This document shows, piece by piece, positions 1 to 10,194 of a stretch of 64,000 nt of DNA; the first letter of the stretch is position 1, and every line of letters starts with the position of its first letter. The DNA is from Acidimicrobiaceae bacterium (lineage in GTDB: Bacteria > Actinomycetota > Acidimicrobiia > Acidimicrobiales > Bog-793), in the NCBI GenBank assembly GCA_003140595.1, contig PLKG01000095.1, forward strand, positions 5,694-69,693. Direction: 5' to 3'. The notes under the pieces were generated by a model, which saw only the letters and a program-made list of their open reading frames with translations, was not told where the DNA came from and searched no databases. The position numbers and the translations under genes are program-made.

Positions 1-2279
1 TCGCCGAGGCTGTCTCGTGCCGCTTGATCGTCGAGGAGCCTCTCGCAAAGCTCCGCGAGATCGTTCGACGTGACGTCCGCCGGGACCTTCAGAGCGACCT
101 TGTCAGGCAGCTCGCCCATCCATCCGATGTCGGTCACGATCGTCGGCACTCCGCACGAGAGGCAGTCGCCGACCGCGGCGGACGCCTCACCTGAGAAGCT
201 TGCTCGCAGTTGCACAGCGAGGTCCGCGCGTGTCAACCAGTCCAGGTATAGCGCGGCCTCGACCCGGCCGGTTATGTACAGCCGCCCGTCCAGGCCGAGC
301 TCGTCACCGCGCCTGGCGAGGCTGTCAGCCAAGTCGGTACTGATGGGGCCCACAAAAGCCATAACCAGGTCCGGGTGCTTGGCCGATAAGGCCGCGAAGC
401 AACCTAGGACCTTGTCGGGTTGCTTGATCGGGTCGACGATCCCGAAGCTTGCGAGCACCCGGGCGCCCGGCTCGACGACGGCACTCCCGCAAGGCGGACT
501 GCCCTGGCCGGCGAGGCCCTCGGTGGCAAAGCCCACGACTTTGACGCGTTGAGCGAAGTTGGGTCCCGCCTCGACGCGCGCGAGGCGCGCGGATGCCTCG
601 GAGGTCACCAGGAAGCGGTCGGCGAGAGCGATGATCTCGCGCGCCATGAGCAGGCCGTGATGCTCCCCGCCGGTCTGGGTGAGGTCGCCGGGCGAAGCCG
701 GTCGGTCAGGAAGGAGCGGCCCATAGATCCTGCGCAACGAGCCGGCAAGCCCGTCCGGCACGGCCGTCCCCGAGTTGTCGGCGAAGCGGTACAGGCCACT
801 CAACCTCACGTCGTGGGCCAGGACGGTCCCGCTTCGGCGGCGGAGCGACGCCAGTGCGGCCGAGTGGAACTCGCTGTTGCCGAGCACGTAGACGATGTCG
901 TCGTAGCCGCCTGTTGCCGCCTCGACACCGAGAAGGCGCCGGGCGTCGTAGACGGCAAGCCCCGGCGGCACCCTTGGCGACCCGGGCGAGAACTCGAGGC
1001 CGTCGGCGAAGCAGTCGATGTCGAGGTCCGCCAGAGACGCCAGCTCCTCGACGAGACGGAAGCTGTAGTTGGCGATCCCAGAGGGCACGGGCGGGAACGG
1101 CGAGACGATCGCGATGCGACGACGACGGTGCCAGGGACGGCCGGGTCGGGCCAGCAGGTCTTCGTAGACAGCCGCGGTCCGATCCGCGACGTCTCCCCAC
1201 GTTGTTCGCGTGGCCGCGCCGTGCCGACGCGAAGCCTCGCGAAACGCCTCGTCGCACAGTCCTCGTTCGATCGAGGCACTGACAGCTGCCGAGCTTGAGG
1301 CGTCGAAAACGGCTTCAGGCGGGACCAGGTCCCTCAAGAGGTCCACATCGGCGACGATCGCGACGGCGCCGCATGCCATCGCCTCCGCAACGTGAAGTCC
1401 GTAGTCGCCGGAAAGGGACGGGCAGCACAGCAGTTCGGTCGCCTGGTAGAGGCTACGCATCGCTTCCTTCGACACCGCTCCGGCCCAGAGGACTCGACCG
1501 CCGATGCCCGCGGCTGTAGCCAGGTGGCTGAAGCGGTTGGCAGCCGGTTCGGGACGATAGCCGGTGATGACGAGCTGACGCGAGTCGCGCAAGGCTTCGG
1601 GCAGGCGTGCGAAGGCGCCGATGAGCGCCTCGAGGTTGTCCAGATCGTCGTGGGAGGCGGGGTAGAGGACGAACGACGCCTCGAGGCCGGGAACCCGTGC
1701 GCGTGCCGCAGCGCCGGCGCCGTCGCGTGATGCCGGGGGCAAGAGCTCCTCGTCGGTGCCCGCTCCGACGACGCGTACCGTGCCCGGGTCGACGCCGAGA
1801 GCGCCGACGAGCGACCGACTCTGTGCCGGAGACATCGTGAGAAGTGCGTCGGCTGCGCGCAAGACCTCCATAGGGCCCGAATTCACCGTTAGGTGCCTGA
1901 GGTCCTCGAGCGATGAGCCGTGATGCGCGGGAGGCAGCGGCTCCAACACGGTCGCGCAGAACCGCACGCCCTGCTCATGGGCCCATCGAGGCCATGTGCG
2001 GCCTATCGGCACGCAGGGGGCGAATGGCCAGAACACGTGAAGCACGCGGGCTTCCGGCAGTTGCGACACCCCCCCGTAACCGACTTTTCCCGAGCGCAGA
2101 AGGGGCCCGAGGTCCCCCGGCGGGAGCAGGTCGCGATTCAGCAGGTAGTGGCCCACCAGGTGAGGATGGTCGCGCTCGAGTGCAACCGCGAGCTCGTAGG
2201 AGTACCGGGCCACGCCCCGGTCCCGCAGGCCCGGGTTCTGGAGCGCTTGAAGGTCGAGTACGACCGGACCGAGGGCCAT
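1..2279 (-). CDS. Glycosyltransferase with two GT4-like modules, runs off the left edge
   Basis: Not in the ORF track. Hand-translated from ATG 2279: MALGPVVLDLQALQNPGLRDRGVARYSYEL...CPSLSGDYGLHVAEAMACG...RIAIVSPFPPVPSGIANYS (start of second GT4 module); the part nearest the edge was not fully translated. Confidence 0.85.
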   Translation of the reverse strand, partial: MALGPVVLDLQALQNPGLRDRGVARYSYELAVALERDHPHLVGHYLLNRDLLPPGDLGPLLRSGKVGYGGVSQLPEARVLHVFWPFAPCVPIGRTWPRWAHEQGVRFCATVLEPLPPAHHGSSLEDLRHLTVNSGPMEVLRAADALLTMSPAQSRSLVGALGVDPGTVRVVGAGTDEELLPPASRDGAGAAARARVPGLEASFVLYPASHDDLDNLEALIGAFARLPEALRDSRQLVITGYRPEPAANRFSHLATAAGIGGRVLWAGAVSKEAMRSLYQATELLCCPSLSGDYGLHVAEAMACGAVAIVADVDLLRDLVPPEAVFDASSSAAVSASIERGLCDEAFREASRRHGAATRTTWGDVADRTAAVYEDLLARPGRPWHRRRRIAIVSPFPPVPSGIANYSFRLVEELASLADLDIDCFADGLEFSPGSPRVPPGLAVYDARRLLGVEAATGGYDDIVYVLGNSEFHSAALASLRRRSGTVLAHDVRLSGLYRFADNSGTAVPDGLAGSLRRIYGPLLPDRPASPGDLTQTGGEHHGLLMAREIIALADRFLVTSEASARLARVEAGPNFAQRVKVVGFATEGLAGQGSPPCGSAVVEPGARVLASFGIVDPIKQPDKVLGCFAALSAKHPDLVMAFVGPISTDLADSLARRGDELGLDGRLYITGRVEAALYLDWLTRADLAVQLRASFSGEASAAVGDCLSCGVPTIVTDIGWMGELPDKVALKVPADVTSNDLAELCERLLDDQAARDSLG

Positions 2280-2296
2280 TGCGAAAGGGTCGAGTC

Positions 2297-2647
2297 TCAG
2301 TGCTGCGGGGGGTCCTCGGCGGCGGAAGACACTGCTGGGTCGCCGCGGGGCTGTTTCTCCGCGGTCTTCCTGGACCCGAGCGGCGTCACCTCGGTCACCT
2401 GACGGAGAGAGTCCTCGACCTCCTCGAGGCGCCCTGAAGCGGTCGCGAGAAGACGCCCGAGGAGCTCGGTCGTCTGGTTGCACATCTCGACCTGCACCTT
2501 GACGATGTCGGTCAGCTCGGCAACCTGGTCCTGGAGCTCGGTAACGTGCTCGAGCACGTCCGCGAGCGGCAGCGTGACTCGTCTGTCGAACTTTGCCGTC
2601 AAGCTGGTGCTCGCCTGGCGCCAACCTCGTCGGCCGATGGACGCCAC
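2297..2647 (-). CDS. Small hypothetical coiled-coil protein
   Basis: 116-aa ORF with heptad-like segment LEHVTELQDQVAELTDIVKVQ; directly upstream of and co-oriented with the GT. Confidence 0.6.
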   Translation of the reverse strand: MASIGRRGWRQASTSLTAKFDRRVTLPLADVLEHVTELQDQVAELTDIVKVQVEMCNQTTELLGRLLATASGRLEEVEDSLRQVTEVTPLGSRKTAEKQPRGDPAVSSAAEDPPQH

Positions 2648-2781
2648 GGTCAGTCGTCTCCTTCGGTGCGCTCGTTCTGCGGCGGAGCTTACCGGCTACT
2701 GCCCAGGTCAGGTGGTGACACCGGTTGCGCCGGGGCCTGCTGGCCTGCCGAGAAGAGCCGTTCTTGGCTAGGGTGCGGGGG

Positions 2782-3708
2782 ATGGAAGTTACACAGGTGA
2801 ACCCGCTTCTTGCCGCGGATGGTGGCAAAGAGCGACAACTCCCATCGCGAGTCGTCTCCGCGAAGGTGAGCCTTCGCAAGCGGTTCATCGAGATCTGGCA
2901 GGCGCGCGAGCTCGTCGTCTTTCTCATTCGCAAAGAGCTGAAGGTCCGCTACAAGAACAGCGTCCTCGGCTTCTTGTGGTCTTTCCTGAATCCGGCGTTG
3001 ATCCTGTGCGTCTACTACGTGGTGTTCAAGTACTTCCTGAACAACCACATCTCGTACTTTGCGATCTACCTCTTCGCAGGACTGCTGCCGTGGAACCTGT
3101 TCAACAACTCGCTGCTCAGCTCGGCGGGCGTGCTCGTCGCCCAGGCCGGGATCGTGAAGAAAGTGTCGTTCCCCCGTGAGATCCTCGCCCTCGCCCAGGT
3201 GGGCACCGCGATGTGCTACTTCTTCTTTCAGGCCTGCATCATGCTGGCCTTCCTCGTCGGGTTCGGGGTCATGCCCGATTGGAAGTACGCGCCGGTCATG
3301 ATCTTCGCTCTCGTGTGTGACATCGTTCTGTCGGCGGCGCTCGCGGTCTTCCTCTCGGCGGTCACCGTCTACCTACGCGACGTCCAGCACCTGATCGAAG
3401 TTGCGCTCGTGGCGGGGTTCTTCAGCGCACCGATCGTCTACCCGTTCTCCACTGTCGGCCACAAGTTGGCGCAGCACGGCATCTTGTGGGTCTACTTTTG
3501 CAACCCCCTCGTCTCAATAGTGCTCTCCTTCCAGCGCTTCATTTATGGAACGGTGGCGCCGCGCGACATCCCATACCCGCTCGCTACCTATAGCGAGCAG
3601 TGGTACCTGCTCGTGCTCGGCATCGTGTTCGTCGTCTCCGTGCTGCTCTTCATGCTCGCGATGCTCGTGTTCGGCAGGGTCGAAGGCAACTTCGCCGAGG
3701 AGCTCTGA
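2782..3708 (+). CDS. wzm: ABC-2 polysaccharide export permease
   Basis: RKELKVRYKNSVLGFLWSFLNP, VKKVSFPREIL, RDVQHL, C-terminal FAEEL; multiple TM helices. Confidence 0.92.
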   Translation: MEVTQVNPLLAADGGKERQLPSRVVSAKVSLRKRFIEIWQARELVVFLIRKELKVRYKNSVLGFLWSFLNPALILCVYYVVFKYFLNNHISYFAIYLFAGLLPWNLFNNSLLSSAGVLVAQAGIVKKVSFPREILALAQVGTAMCYFFFQACIMLAFLVGFGVMPDWKYAPVMIFALVCDIVLSAALAVFLSAVTVYLRDVQHLIEVALVAGFFSAPIVYPFSTVGHKLAQHGILWVYFCNPLVSIVLSFQRFIYGTVAPRDIPYPLATYSEQWYLLVLGIVFVVSVLLFMLAMLVFGRVEGNFAEEL

Positions 3709-3714
3709 GTACCC

Positions 3715-4974
3715 CTGCAAACAGCGATCGACGTCCAGCAGGTCTCGAAACGCTTCCGCCTCTACAAGGAGAAGTACACCTCTTTGAAGGAGCGGATACT
3801 GCACGCCGGGCACGTGCCCTTCAACGACTTCTGGGCACTGCGCGACGTCGAATTCGAAGTCCACACCGGCGAGACATTTGGGATCATCGGACGGAACGGC
3901 TCCGGCAAGTCGACCATGCTCAAGTGCATCGCGGGCATCCTGCAGCCCACCTCGGGCCAGATTGTCGTCCGTGGGCAGGTTGCCGCGATGCTCGAGCTCG
4001 GGGCGGGCTTCCAACCCGAACTGTCGGGCAGGGACAACATCTTCCTGAACGCCTCGTTGCTGGGCCTCTCGCGCCGCGAGATAGAGCGCCGTTTCGACGC
4101 GATCGTCGCCTTCGCGGAGCTCGAGGACTTCATCGACAACCAGGTGCGCTTCTACTCCTCGGGCATGTACGTCCGCCTCGGGTTTGCGGTTGCAGTGAAC
4201 GTCGAGCCCGATGTGCTGCTCATCGACGAAGTGCTCGCGGTCGGCGATGAACGGTTCCAGCAAAAGTGCATGGAACGAGTGCACCAATTCCAAAGCGAGG
4301 GCCGGACGATCATCCTCGTGTCGCACTCGGCCGATGTCGTGCGACAGGTCTGCGATCGTGTCGTCGTGCTCGAGACGGGAAAGGTCGTGACAGTTGCTCC
4401 GCCCGGAGAGGCGATCAGGGCGTTTCGTGACTGCCTGCTTGCAGGCGAGGTTCCCGTCGCGTTGCCCGCAGATGAGCCTGATCCGACCGGGGCCGTCGAA
4501 GTCGTCGTCCAGGCCGAGAGACGCGTCGTGATCACCAACACCTTGGCCCGGCATTCCGGCCCCTCGGGCCGCGCCTACCTCGTTCCAGGGGACTCTTTCC
4601 GTCTCGAGCTTCAGTTCCAGGTGAACGAGCCGCTCACCAACGTGGCGTTCGGCTGCGAGGTGATCAACTCCAGCGGCGCCCCGGTGTTCAACTGCGACAG
4701 CGCGATGCCGGAGATCCGCCAGGTTCATGATCTCCCGCCCGGGCGCTACCAAGTGGAATACGACTTCGACCGCCTTCCGCTTCTCGACGGTTCCTTTACG
4801 ATCAACGCCCGGATCCAAGATGCCGGTGGCGGTGTCGTTCATGCCCGTCTCGAGCCCGCGGCCGCCTTCGAGGTCGTGAACCCCGGGGGCGCTACGGGAT
4901 TTGTGGCGTTGCCGCTTCGGATAGCACTTGTTTCTTCACCTGTATCCGGTTCGGCGAGGGCGGCTGCCGGGTGA
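3715..4974 (+). CDS. wzt: Polysaccharide ABC ATPase with C-terminal Wzt_C-like domain
   Basis: Walker A GRNGSGKST, YSSGMYVRLGF, IDEVLAVGD; conserved N-terminus extends upstream of TTG 3784 to a probable CTG at 3715. Confidence 0.92.
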   Translation: MQTAIDVQQVSKRFRLYKEKYTSLKERILHAGHVPFNDFWALRDVEFEVHTGETFGIIGRNGSGKSTMLKCIAGILQPTSGQIVVRGQVAAMLELGAGFQPELSGRDNIFLNASLLGLSRREIERRFDAIVAFAELEDFIDNQVRFYSSGMYVRLGFAVAVNVEPDVLLIDEVLAVGDERFQQKCMERVHQFQSEGRTIILVSHSADVVRQVCDRVVVLETGKVVTVAPPGEAIRAFRDCLLAGEVPVALPADEPDPTGAVEVVVQAERRVVITNTLARHSGPSGRAYLVPGDSFRLELQFQVNEPLTNVAFGCEVINSSGAPVFNCDSAMPEIRQVHDLPPGRYQVEYDFDRLPLLDGSFTINARIQDAGGGVVHARLEPAAAFEVVNPGGATGFVALPLRIALVSSPVSGSARAAAG

Positions 4975-5999
4975 CCTCTGAGGTCGTGGCGGAAATTGTG
5001 GAGCAGGTGAATCGGTTGCGTGCGACGGGGCAAGTCCCGCCAGGGTTCGAGGACGATCTCGACACGTGTTTCGAAAAGGTCGCTGAGGAGAGCTTGGCGG
5101 CCGATGAATCGATGGTGGCACAAGGCTCCGGGCTCGGTAGCGGCAAGACGATCGGCGGTGCCGCGAGCCGGATGCGTCTTGCACAACTCCGTCAGCAGGC
5201 AACGGCGGTCGCTCGCCGGCGCTGCGGGCCGTCGCTTCGCCGCCTGGAACGCCAGGCAGCGCTCGCAACAGCCAGGGCGGGCGAAGCCGTGTCGATTTGG
5301 ACCCACGTCACGGTGGACCATCTGGAACGGATCGCCGCACTTTCGCCTCGGGCGTCACGAGTCCTTGCGAGAGCCCGTCCCGGTGATTCGAGCGTGTCGG
5401 CCGTCGCGACGATGTACCCGACGATCGAGGGCCCACTTCTGTCCTGGGTTCTCGAGCGACTGGGTGCCGCGGCACCCGAGGGCGGTCGAGGGGAGCCAGC
5501 TCGGGTGCTGCATGCAGAGTGTGGTGACGGGCGGGTCGTTGAGGCGCTCGTGGCCCGAGGTTTCGACGCGCGAGGCGCTGACCCCCGTGCGCCCGTGCGA
5601 TCCGACGGTGACACGCGGATCGTGGCGGCGGGAGCCTTGGAGTACCTCGGCGCGACTTTGCCCGGGACCGTCGACGGCCTGCTGCTGACCGGCGTCGTGG
5701 ATCGCCTCCGCCCCGGTGGGGGTCGTGCGTTGGCACAGCTGGCGGCGCGCTGTCTTTCCCCCGGGGGCGTTGTTGTGCTTGTGAGCACGCGACCCGAAGC
5801 CGTCATCGCCATGGACCCGGTTGCCGCCGACCTCGCACACGGCCGCCCGCTTCACCCGGTCACCTGGTACCACCTGCTGGCGCGTTACGGACTCTCAGTT
5901 CTGGCGACATTCGAGCCAGACCTGAGTGAGCCGGACGTCTTCGCCGTCTCCGCACAGCGTCTCGCGCCGCCCCAACTTGCCGGCAGGGACAGTCCTTGA
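4971..5999 (+). CDS. Class I SAM methyltransferase-like protein with degenerate motif I
   Basis: RVLHAECGDG, ARCLSPGGVVVL, HGRPLHP; 4-nt overlaps with both neighbours. Confidence 0.65.
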   Translation: MTSEVVAEIVEQVNRLRATGQVPPGFEDDLDTCFEKVAEESLAADESMVAQGSGLGSGKTIGGAASRMRLAQLRQQATAVARRRCGPSLRRLERQAALATARAGEAVSIWTHVTVDHLERIAALSPRASRVLARARPGDSSVSAVATMYPTIEGPLLSWVLERLGAAAPEGGRGEPARVLHAECGDGRVVEALVARGFDARGADPRAPVRSDGDTRIVAAGALEYLGATLPGTVDGLLLTGVVDRLRPGGGRALAQLAARCLSPGGVVVLVSTRPEAVIAMDPVAADLAHGRPLHPVTWYHLLARYGLSVLATFEPDLSEPDVFAVSAQRLAPPQLAGRDSP

Positions 6000-7093
6000 G
6001 GACCAGACCGACCCGGATCGACCAGGTCATTCCCTCTATCGTCGAGCGTGACGCTGTCAGCCACCACACCTTGGAAGCCCAGCGAGTTCTGCATTCGATG
6101 GGTTTTGTCTCGGAGATCTACGCCTGCAGCATGGGTCCCGGGCTGGCCGGTCGGGTACACCCCCTTTCGGACCTTCCCCGCGATACGAGCGAGCGTCAAT
6201 GGGTCTGCTACCAGGCGTCGATCGGCTCTCCTGCCGCGGACACGGTCGGGTCGCACCCGGGCCTGAAGCTCATCGACTATCACAACATCAGCCCTTCAGA
6301 GCTCATCGAACGATGGATGCCCCACCTAGGTGAAGAGGTCCGACTCGGGCGTAGGCAGCTGGCTGAACTGGCGCCTGTCGCCGAGCTCGGCTTCGCCGAC
6401 TCGGAGTTCAATCGTGCCGAGCTCGAGCAAGCCGGCTGTCGCCACACGATGGTCGCTCCACTAATGGTCGACACTGCGAACTTCTACTCTCCCCCCGACC
6501 AGCGTGTCGTGGATCGCTTCGAAGCGGCGCGCCTGCGCGGCGGGCACGATTGGCTCTTTGTCGGCCAGATGCTGCCGCACAAGGCGCATCACGACGTCAT
6601 CAAGGCGCTTGCCTGTGCCCGCAAGATGTTCGATCCGGAGGCCCGCCTGCACCTGGTCGGCAGGGAGAGCTGTCGTGCCTATGCGGACGCGTTGCGCAGA
6701 TTCGTGTCAGCCCTCGGTCTGACCGGGGCCGTGGAATTCGTGGGCTCGATCAGCCCGAGTGAGCTCTCGGCGTACTACGCGAGCGCAGACGTGTTCGTTT
6801 GCTGCTCGGACCACGAGGGGTTCTGTGTACCGCTGCTGGAAGCGATGCACCACCGACTGCCGATCGTCGCTTATGGCGTCACGGCAGTCCCCGAGACGCT
6901 TCTCGACGCCGGGATCGTCTTGCCCTCCAAGTCGCCGGCGTTGGTCGCCGCAGCGGTTCAGCGCGTGCTGACCGATCACGGCCTGTGCGACAGCCTTGTG
7001 GCCGCGGGCCTGAGGCGAAGCCGGTCGTTCACTCTCGAGGGCGCGAGGCGTGCTTTCGCACGGGCGATAGAGCAGGCGCTCCAAGGCGCCTGA
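5996..7093 (+). CDS. Glycosyltransferase family 4
   Basis: FVGQMLPHKAH, SDHEGFCVPLLEAM (EX7E motif). Confidence 0.92.
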   Translation: MRTRPTRIDQVIPSIVERDAVSHHTLEAQRVLHSMGFVSEIYACSMGPGLAGRVHPLSDLPRDTSERQWVCYQASIGSPAADTVGSHPGLKLIDYHNISPSELIERWMPHLGEEVRLGRRQLAELAPVAELGFADSEFNRAELEQAGCRHTMVAPLMVDTANFYSPPDQRVVDRFEAARLRGGHDWLFVGQMLPHKAHHDVIKALACARKMFDPEARLHLVGRESCRAYADALRRFVSALGLTGAVEFVGSISPSELSAYYASADVFVCCSDHEGFCVPLLEAMHHRLPIVAYGVTAVPETLLDAGIVLPSKSPALVAAAVQRVLTDHGLCDSLVAAGLRRSRSFTLEGARRAFARAIEQALQGA

Positions 7094-7218
7094 AGTCGCG
7101 TCGCCCGACGGGGATCGGCGAGGAGCGTCGGGTGGACATGCTCGTCCCGCGAGATCCCAAGGTGACGAGGCGTGCCGAAGGTTGCGAAGCAACAAGAATT
7201 TAGGATCCCACTACTAAC

Positions 7219-8613
7219 ATGGCACACATCCGCAACATCAGGCGTTGTGCCGCCGCACTTGCATGTGTGTCGCTCGGCATCCTCGCCGGGCCGCTCATGG
7301 TCGTCCCCGGCGCGGCAGCGACGGATCACTTTTCGATCGCGCCGTTTCCCGCGTCAAACCTCCACCTTGTCGGGCTCGGTGACGGCTCCGGAGCGGGCAT
7401 GAGCCAATGGGGCGCCTTCGGATACGCCGCGCTCGACCACGAGAGCTTCCAGTGGATTCTCGCTCACTACTACCCTGGGACGACCTTGTCCTACAGCGAC
7501 AGCTTGGTGTCGACAGACCCGATGGTCTCGGTCGATCTCAACGAGAACGACGGAGATCCTGTAGTCGTCACGTCTCAATCCGCGTTCTCGTTCGGTGGGG
7601 TCCTCTTTCCCGGCGGTCAAGCCGTGCGAGCCGTTGCGTCGCAGGGCACGTGGACCCTCTCGGACGCGGCCGGGTGCTCATCGAAACAGTGGCTGCCGGT
7701 CGCGTCGGACGTCGTGAATCCCATCGCAGTGCCCTCCTCGGTGCAGCCCTCTGCAACCTTGAGCCAGGTGCTGACGATATGCGAGCGCGACGGTGTCGAA
7801 CTTCCTGTTCGCGGGACCGTCGAGGCGTACGACGCGCCGGGCGGGCCCGTCACCCTCAGCATCCTTTCGCTTGAGGAATACGTCCGCAGCGTCATCTCCG
7901 CCGAGGTGTCGTGGTCGTGGGGGCTCTTCGGAGGCACGACGGACGCCCCCCAGGATCACGAGTGGGGGTTCCAGGCGCTCGAGGCGCAGGCCGTCGCCAC
8001 GCGGTCGTACGTAGCGGCCGAGATCGTCTCGGGTGGCTGGGCACCGTATGCGACGGCGTGCGACTCCTACTGCCAGTCGTACCCGGGCATGGTCGATGAG
8101 AACCCCATGTCGAACGCCGCCGAGTCTGACACGGCGGGCGAGATCCTCGAGCAGCCCGCCGCGACCAGCGTGCCGGGCGCTTCAGGCGGGATACCGGGCA
8201 CCTTTGCGGTGCCCGCGACACCAGGTACGGCTTGGTCGCCCGTGTCTGCCGAGTACTCCGCGTCGTCCGGTGGCTACACCGCGAGCGGCGAGTTCCCAGG
8301 CGTTGTCGACCGAGGTGACGCGGTCTGTATCAAGAGCAGGTTCTACTCGTGCAATCCGTGCCACAAGTGGTGGGCGTCGATACCTGTGAGCGCTATCGAG
8401 AAGGCGTTCCCTTCTGTCGGCGAGCTCGCCGAAGTGGAAGTGAAACAGCGCAACGGCGTGGGGTCGTTCGGCGGCCGGGTAGTGACCGTCGAGATCGTCG
8501 GTACGACAGGCACCGAGGTCCCGGCATCGTCCTTCGCACTGGGGGCCTTGATCGGCGCGAACAACCAGGCGCACTGCGCTTCAAACTGGTACGCGGTCAC
8601 CAACGGGCCCTGA
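7219..8613 (+). CDS. Secreted SpoIID/LytB-domain protein
   Basis: Signal peptide; GMSQWGA, ILAHYYPG, LEEYVRSVISAEV, ALEAQAVATRSY, CQSYPG. Confidence 0.85.
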   Translation: MAHIRNIRRCAAALACVSLGILAGPLMVVPGAAATDHFSIAPFPASNLHLVGLGDGSGAGMSQWGAFGYAALDHESFQWILAHYYPGTTLSYSDSLVSTDPMVSVDLNENDGDPVVVTSQSAFSFGGVLFPGGQAVRAVASQGTWTLSDAAGCSSKQWLPVASDVVNPIAVPSSVQPSATLSQVLTICERDGVELPVRGTVEAYDAPGGPVTLSILSLEEYVRSVISAEVSWSWGLFGGTTDAPQDHEWGFQALEAQAVATRSYVAAEIVSGGWAPYATACDSYCQSYPGMVDENPMSNAAESDTAGEILEQPAATSVPGASGGIPGTFAVPATPGTAWSPVSAEYSASSGGYTASGEFPGVVDRGDAVCIKSRFYSCNPCHKWWASIPVSAIEKAFPSVGELAEVEVKQRNGVGSFGGRVVTVEIVGTTGTEVPASSFALGALIGANNQAHCASNWYAVTNGP

Positions 8614-8655
8614 TATCGCGCAGGTAGGCTCGAAGCAGTCCCATCGGGAGGCGAC

Positions 8656-10074
8656 TTGGAGATCCGGGACAGGCTGTACATCGGTGGCGCTTGGGTCGTT
8701 CCCGTGCGCACCGACCTCATCGAGGTTCTCGACTCGACGACCGAGGAGATAATCGGCAGTGTTCCGCGTGGCACCGCCGAAGACGCGTCACGTGCGGTCG
8801 AGGCGGCACGCGGCGCGTTCGACGACTGGGCGCGGACCGCGCCGTCCGAACGGGCGCAGTACGCGTCGCGCATAGCCGAGGCCCTCGGTAGTCGCATGAC
8901 CGAGGTCAGCCAGCTGATCGCCCGGGAGGTGGGCACGCCGGTCAATGTCTCGATGGTCATCCAAGTTGGCCTGCCCATAATGACCTTCGGCTCCATGGCC
9001 GATCTCGTCGGCCAGATCACCTGGGAGCAGTCCGTCGGCAATTCACTGGTCGTTCGTGAGCCGGTTGGTGTCGTTGGCGCCATCACGCCGTGGAATTACC
9101 CCCTACATCAGATAGCTGCCAAGGTCGCGCCGGCTCTGGCTGCCGGCTGCACCGTGGTGCTCAAGCCGAGCGGGGTTGCCCCACTGAACGCGTTCGTTCT
9201 GGCCGAGGTCGTACACGAGATCGGGCTTCCACCCGGAGTGTTCAACCTGGTCTCGGGGAGCGGCTCGGATGTCGGCGAGGCAGTCGCCAGCCATCGGGAA
9301 GTCGACATGGTGTCGTTCACCGGTTCCACGCGAACCGGGCGACGGGTCGCAGAGCTGGCCGCGGCGACGGCGAAGAGGGTGACCCTTGAACTCGGCGGCA
9401 AGTCGGCCACCGTGATCCTTCCGGACGCCGACTTCGACCGAGCGGTGACCGCTGGGGTCGCGATGTGCCTCTTGAACTCGGGCCAGACCTGTAGCGCCTT
9501 GACCCGGATGCTCGTGCCCCGCGACCGGTTGTCAGAGGTCGAGGCGATCGCCGCGCGGACTGCCGAGTCCTACACGCCCGGCAACCCTTTCCTCGACACG
9601 ACACGTATCGGCCCGCTTGTCTCGGCAGCCCAACGGGACCGTGTGCGCGCGTACATCCTCAAAGGGATCGAAGAAGGCGCGAAGCTCGTCACGGGAGGGG
9701 TCGACGCCCCGGAAGGCCTGGAGAAGGGCTTTTTCGTCCGCCCGACGGTTTTCTCGGAGGTCCGGCGCGACATGACGATCGCCCAGGAGGAGATCTTCGG
9801 GCCGGTCCTGTCGATCCTCCCCTACGACACCGAGGACGAGGCGATTGAGATCGCGAACGACTCGATCTACGGATTGGCCGGCGCAGTGTGGGCGGCCGAT
9901 GAGAGGAGCGCAGTCGAAGTTGCTCGTCGTATTCGCACGGGTCAGGTCGACATCAACGGTGGCGGCTTCAACCCGTTGGCGCCCTTCGGCGGCTTCAAGC
10001 AGTCAGGCCATGGTCGAGAGCTGGGCAAGTTCGGTCTCGAGGAGTACCTCGAGACCAAGTCGCTGCAGCTGTAG
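8656..10074 (+). CDS. Aldehyde dehydrogenase
   Basis: [41 protein letters not shown]. Confidence 0.96.
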   Translation: MEIRDRLYIGGAWVVPVRTDLIEVLDSTTEEIIGSVPRGTAEDASRAVEAARGAFDDWARTAPSERAQYASRIAEALGSRMTEVSQLIAREVGTPVNVSMVIQVGLPIMTFGSMADLVGQITWEQSVGNSLVVREPVGVVGAITPWNYPLHQIAAKVAPALAAGCTVVLKPSGVAPLNAFVLAEVVHEIGLPPGVFNLVSGSGSDVGEAVASHREVDMVSFTGSTRTGRRVAELAAATAKRVTLELGGKSATVILPDADFDRAVTAGVAMCLLNSGQTCSALTRMLVPRDRLSEVEAIAARTAESYTPGNPFLDTTRIGPLVSAAQRDRVRAYILKGIEEGAKLVTGGVDAPEGLEKGFFVRPTVFSEVRRDMTIAQEEIFGPVLSILPYDTEDEAIEIANDSIYGLAGAVWAADERSAVEVARRIRTGQVDINGGGFNPLAPFGGFKQSGHGRELGKFGLEEYLETKSLQL

Positions 10075-10194
10075 CACCTTGGGACTCTGCCGTCCTCCAC
10101 GCCAGTTGACCTCACGGGTCGCCCAGGACCGCTCACGATTCGGTCTCCAACCTCCAGATCCTCCGTTGGCCTCGGCGCCCGGGCCGGAGCCGTC

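Noticed and set aside
2069..2075. C7 tract as a frameshift or phase-variation site
   Set aside because: The frame is intact with seven bases, and such a run is unremarkable at this GC content
70..2437. Several plus-strand ORFs (e.g. 420-1298, 1913-2437)
   Set aside because: Antisense shadows of the minus-strand glycosyltransferase; most long alternative-frame ORFs in the window are likewise high-GC artefacts
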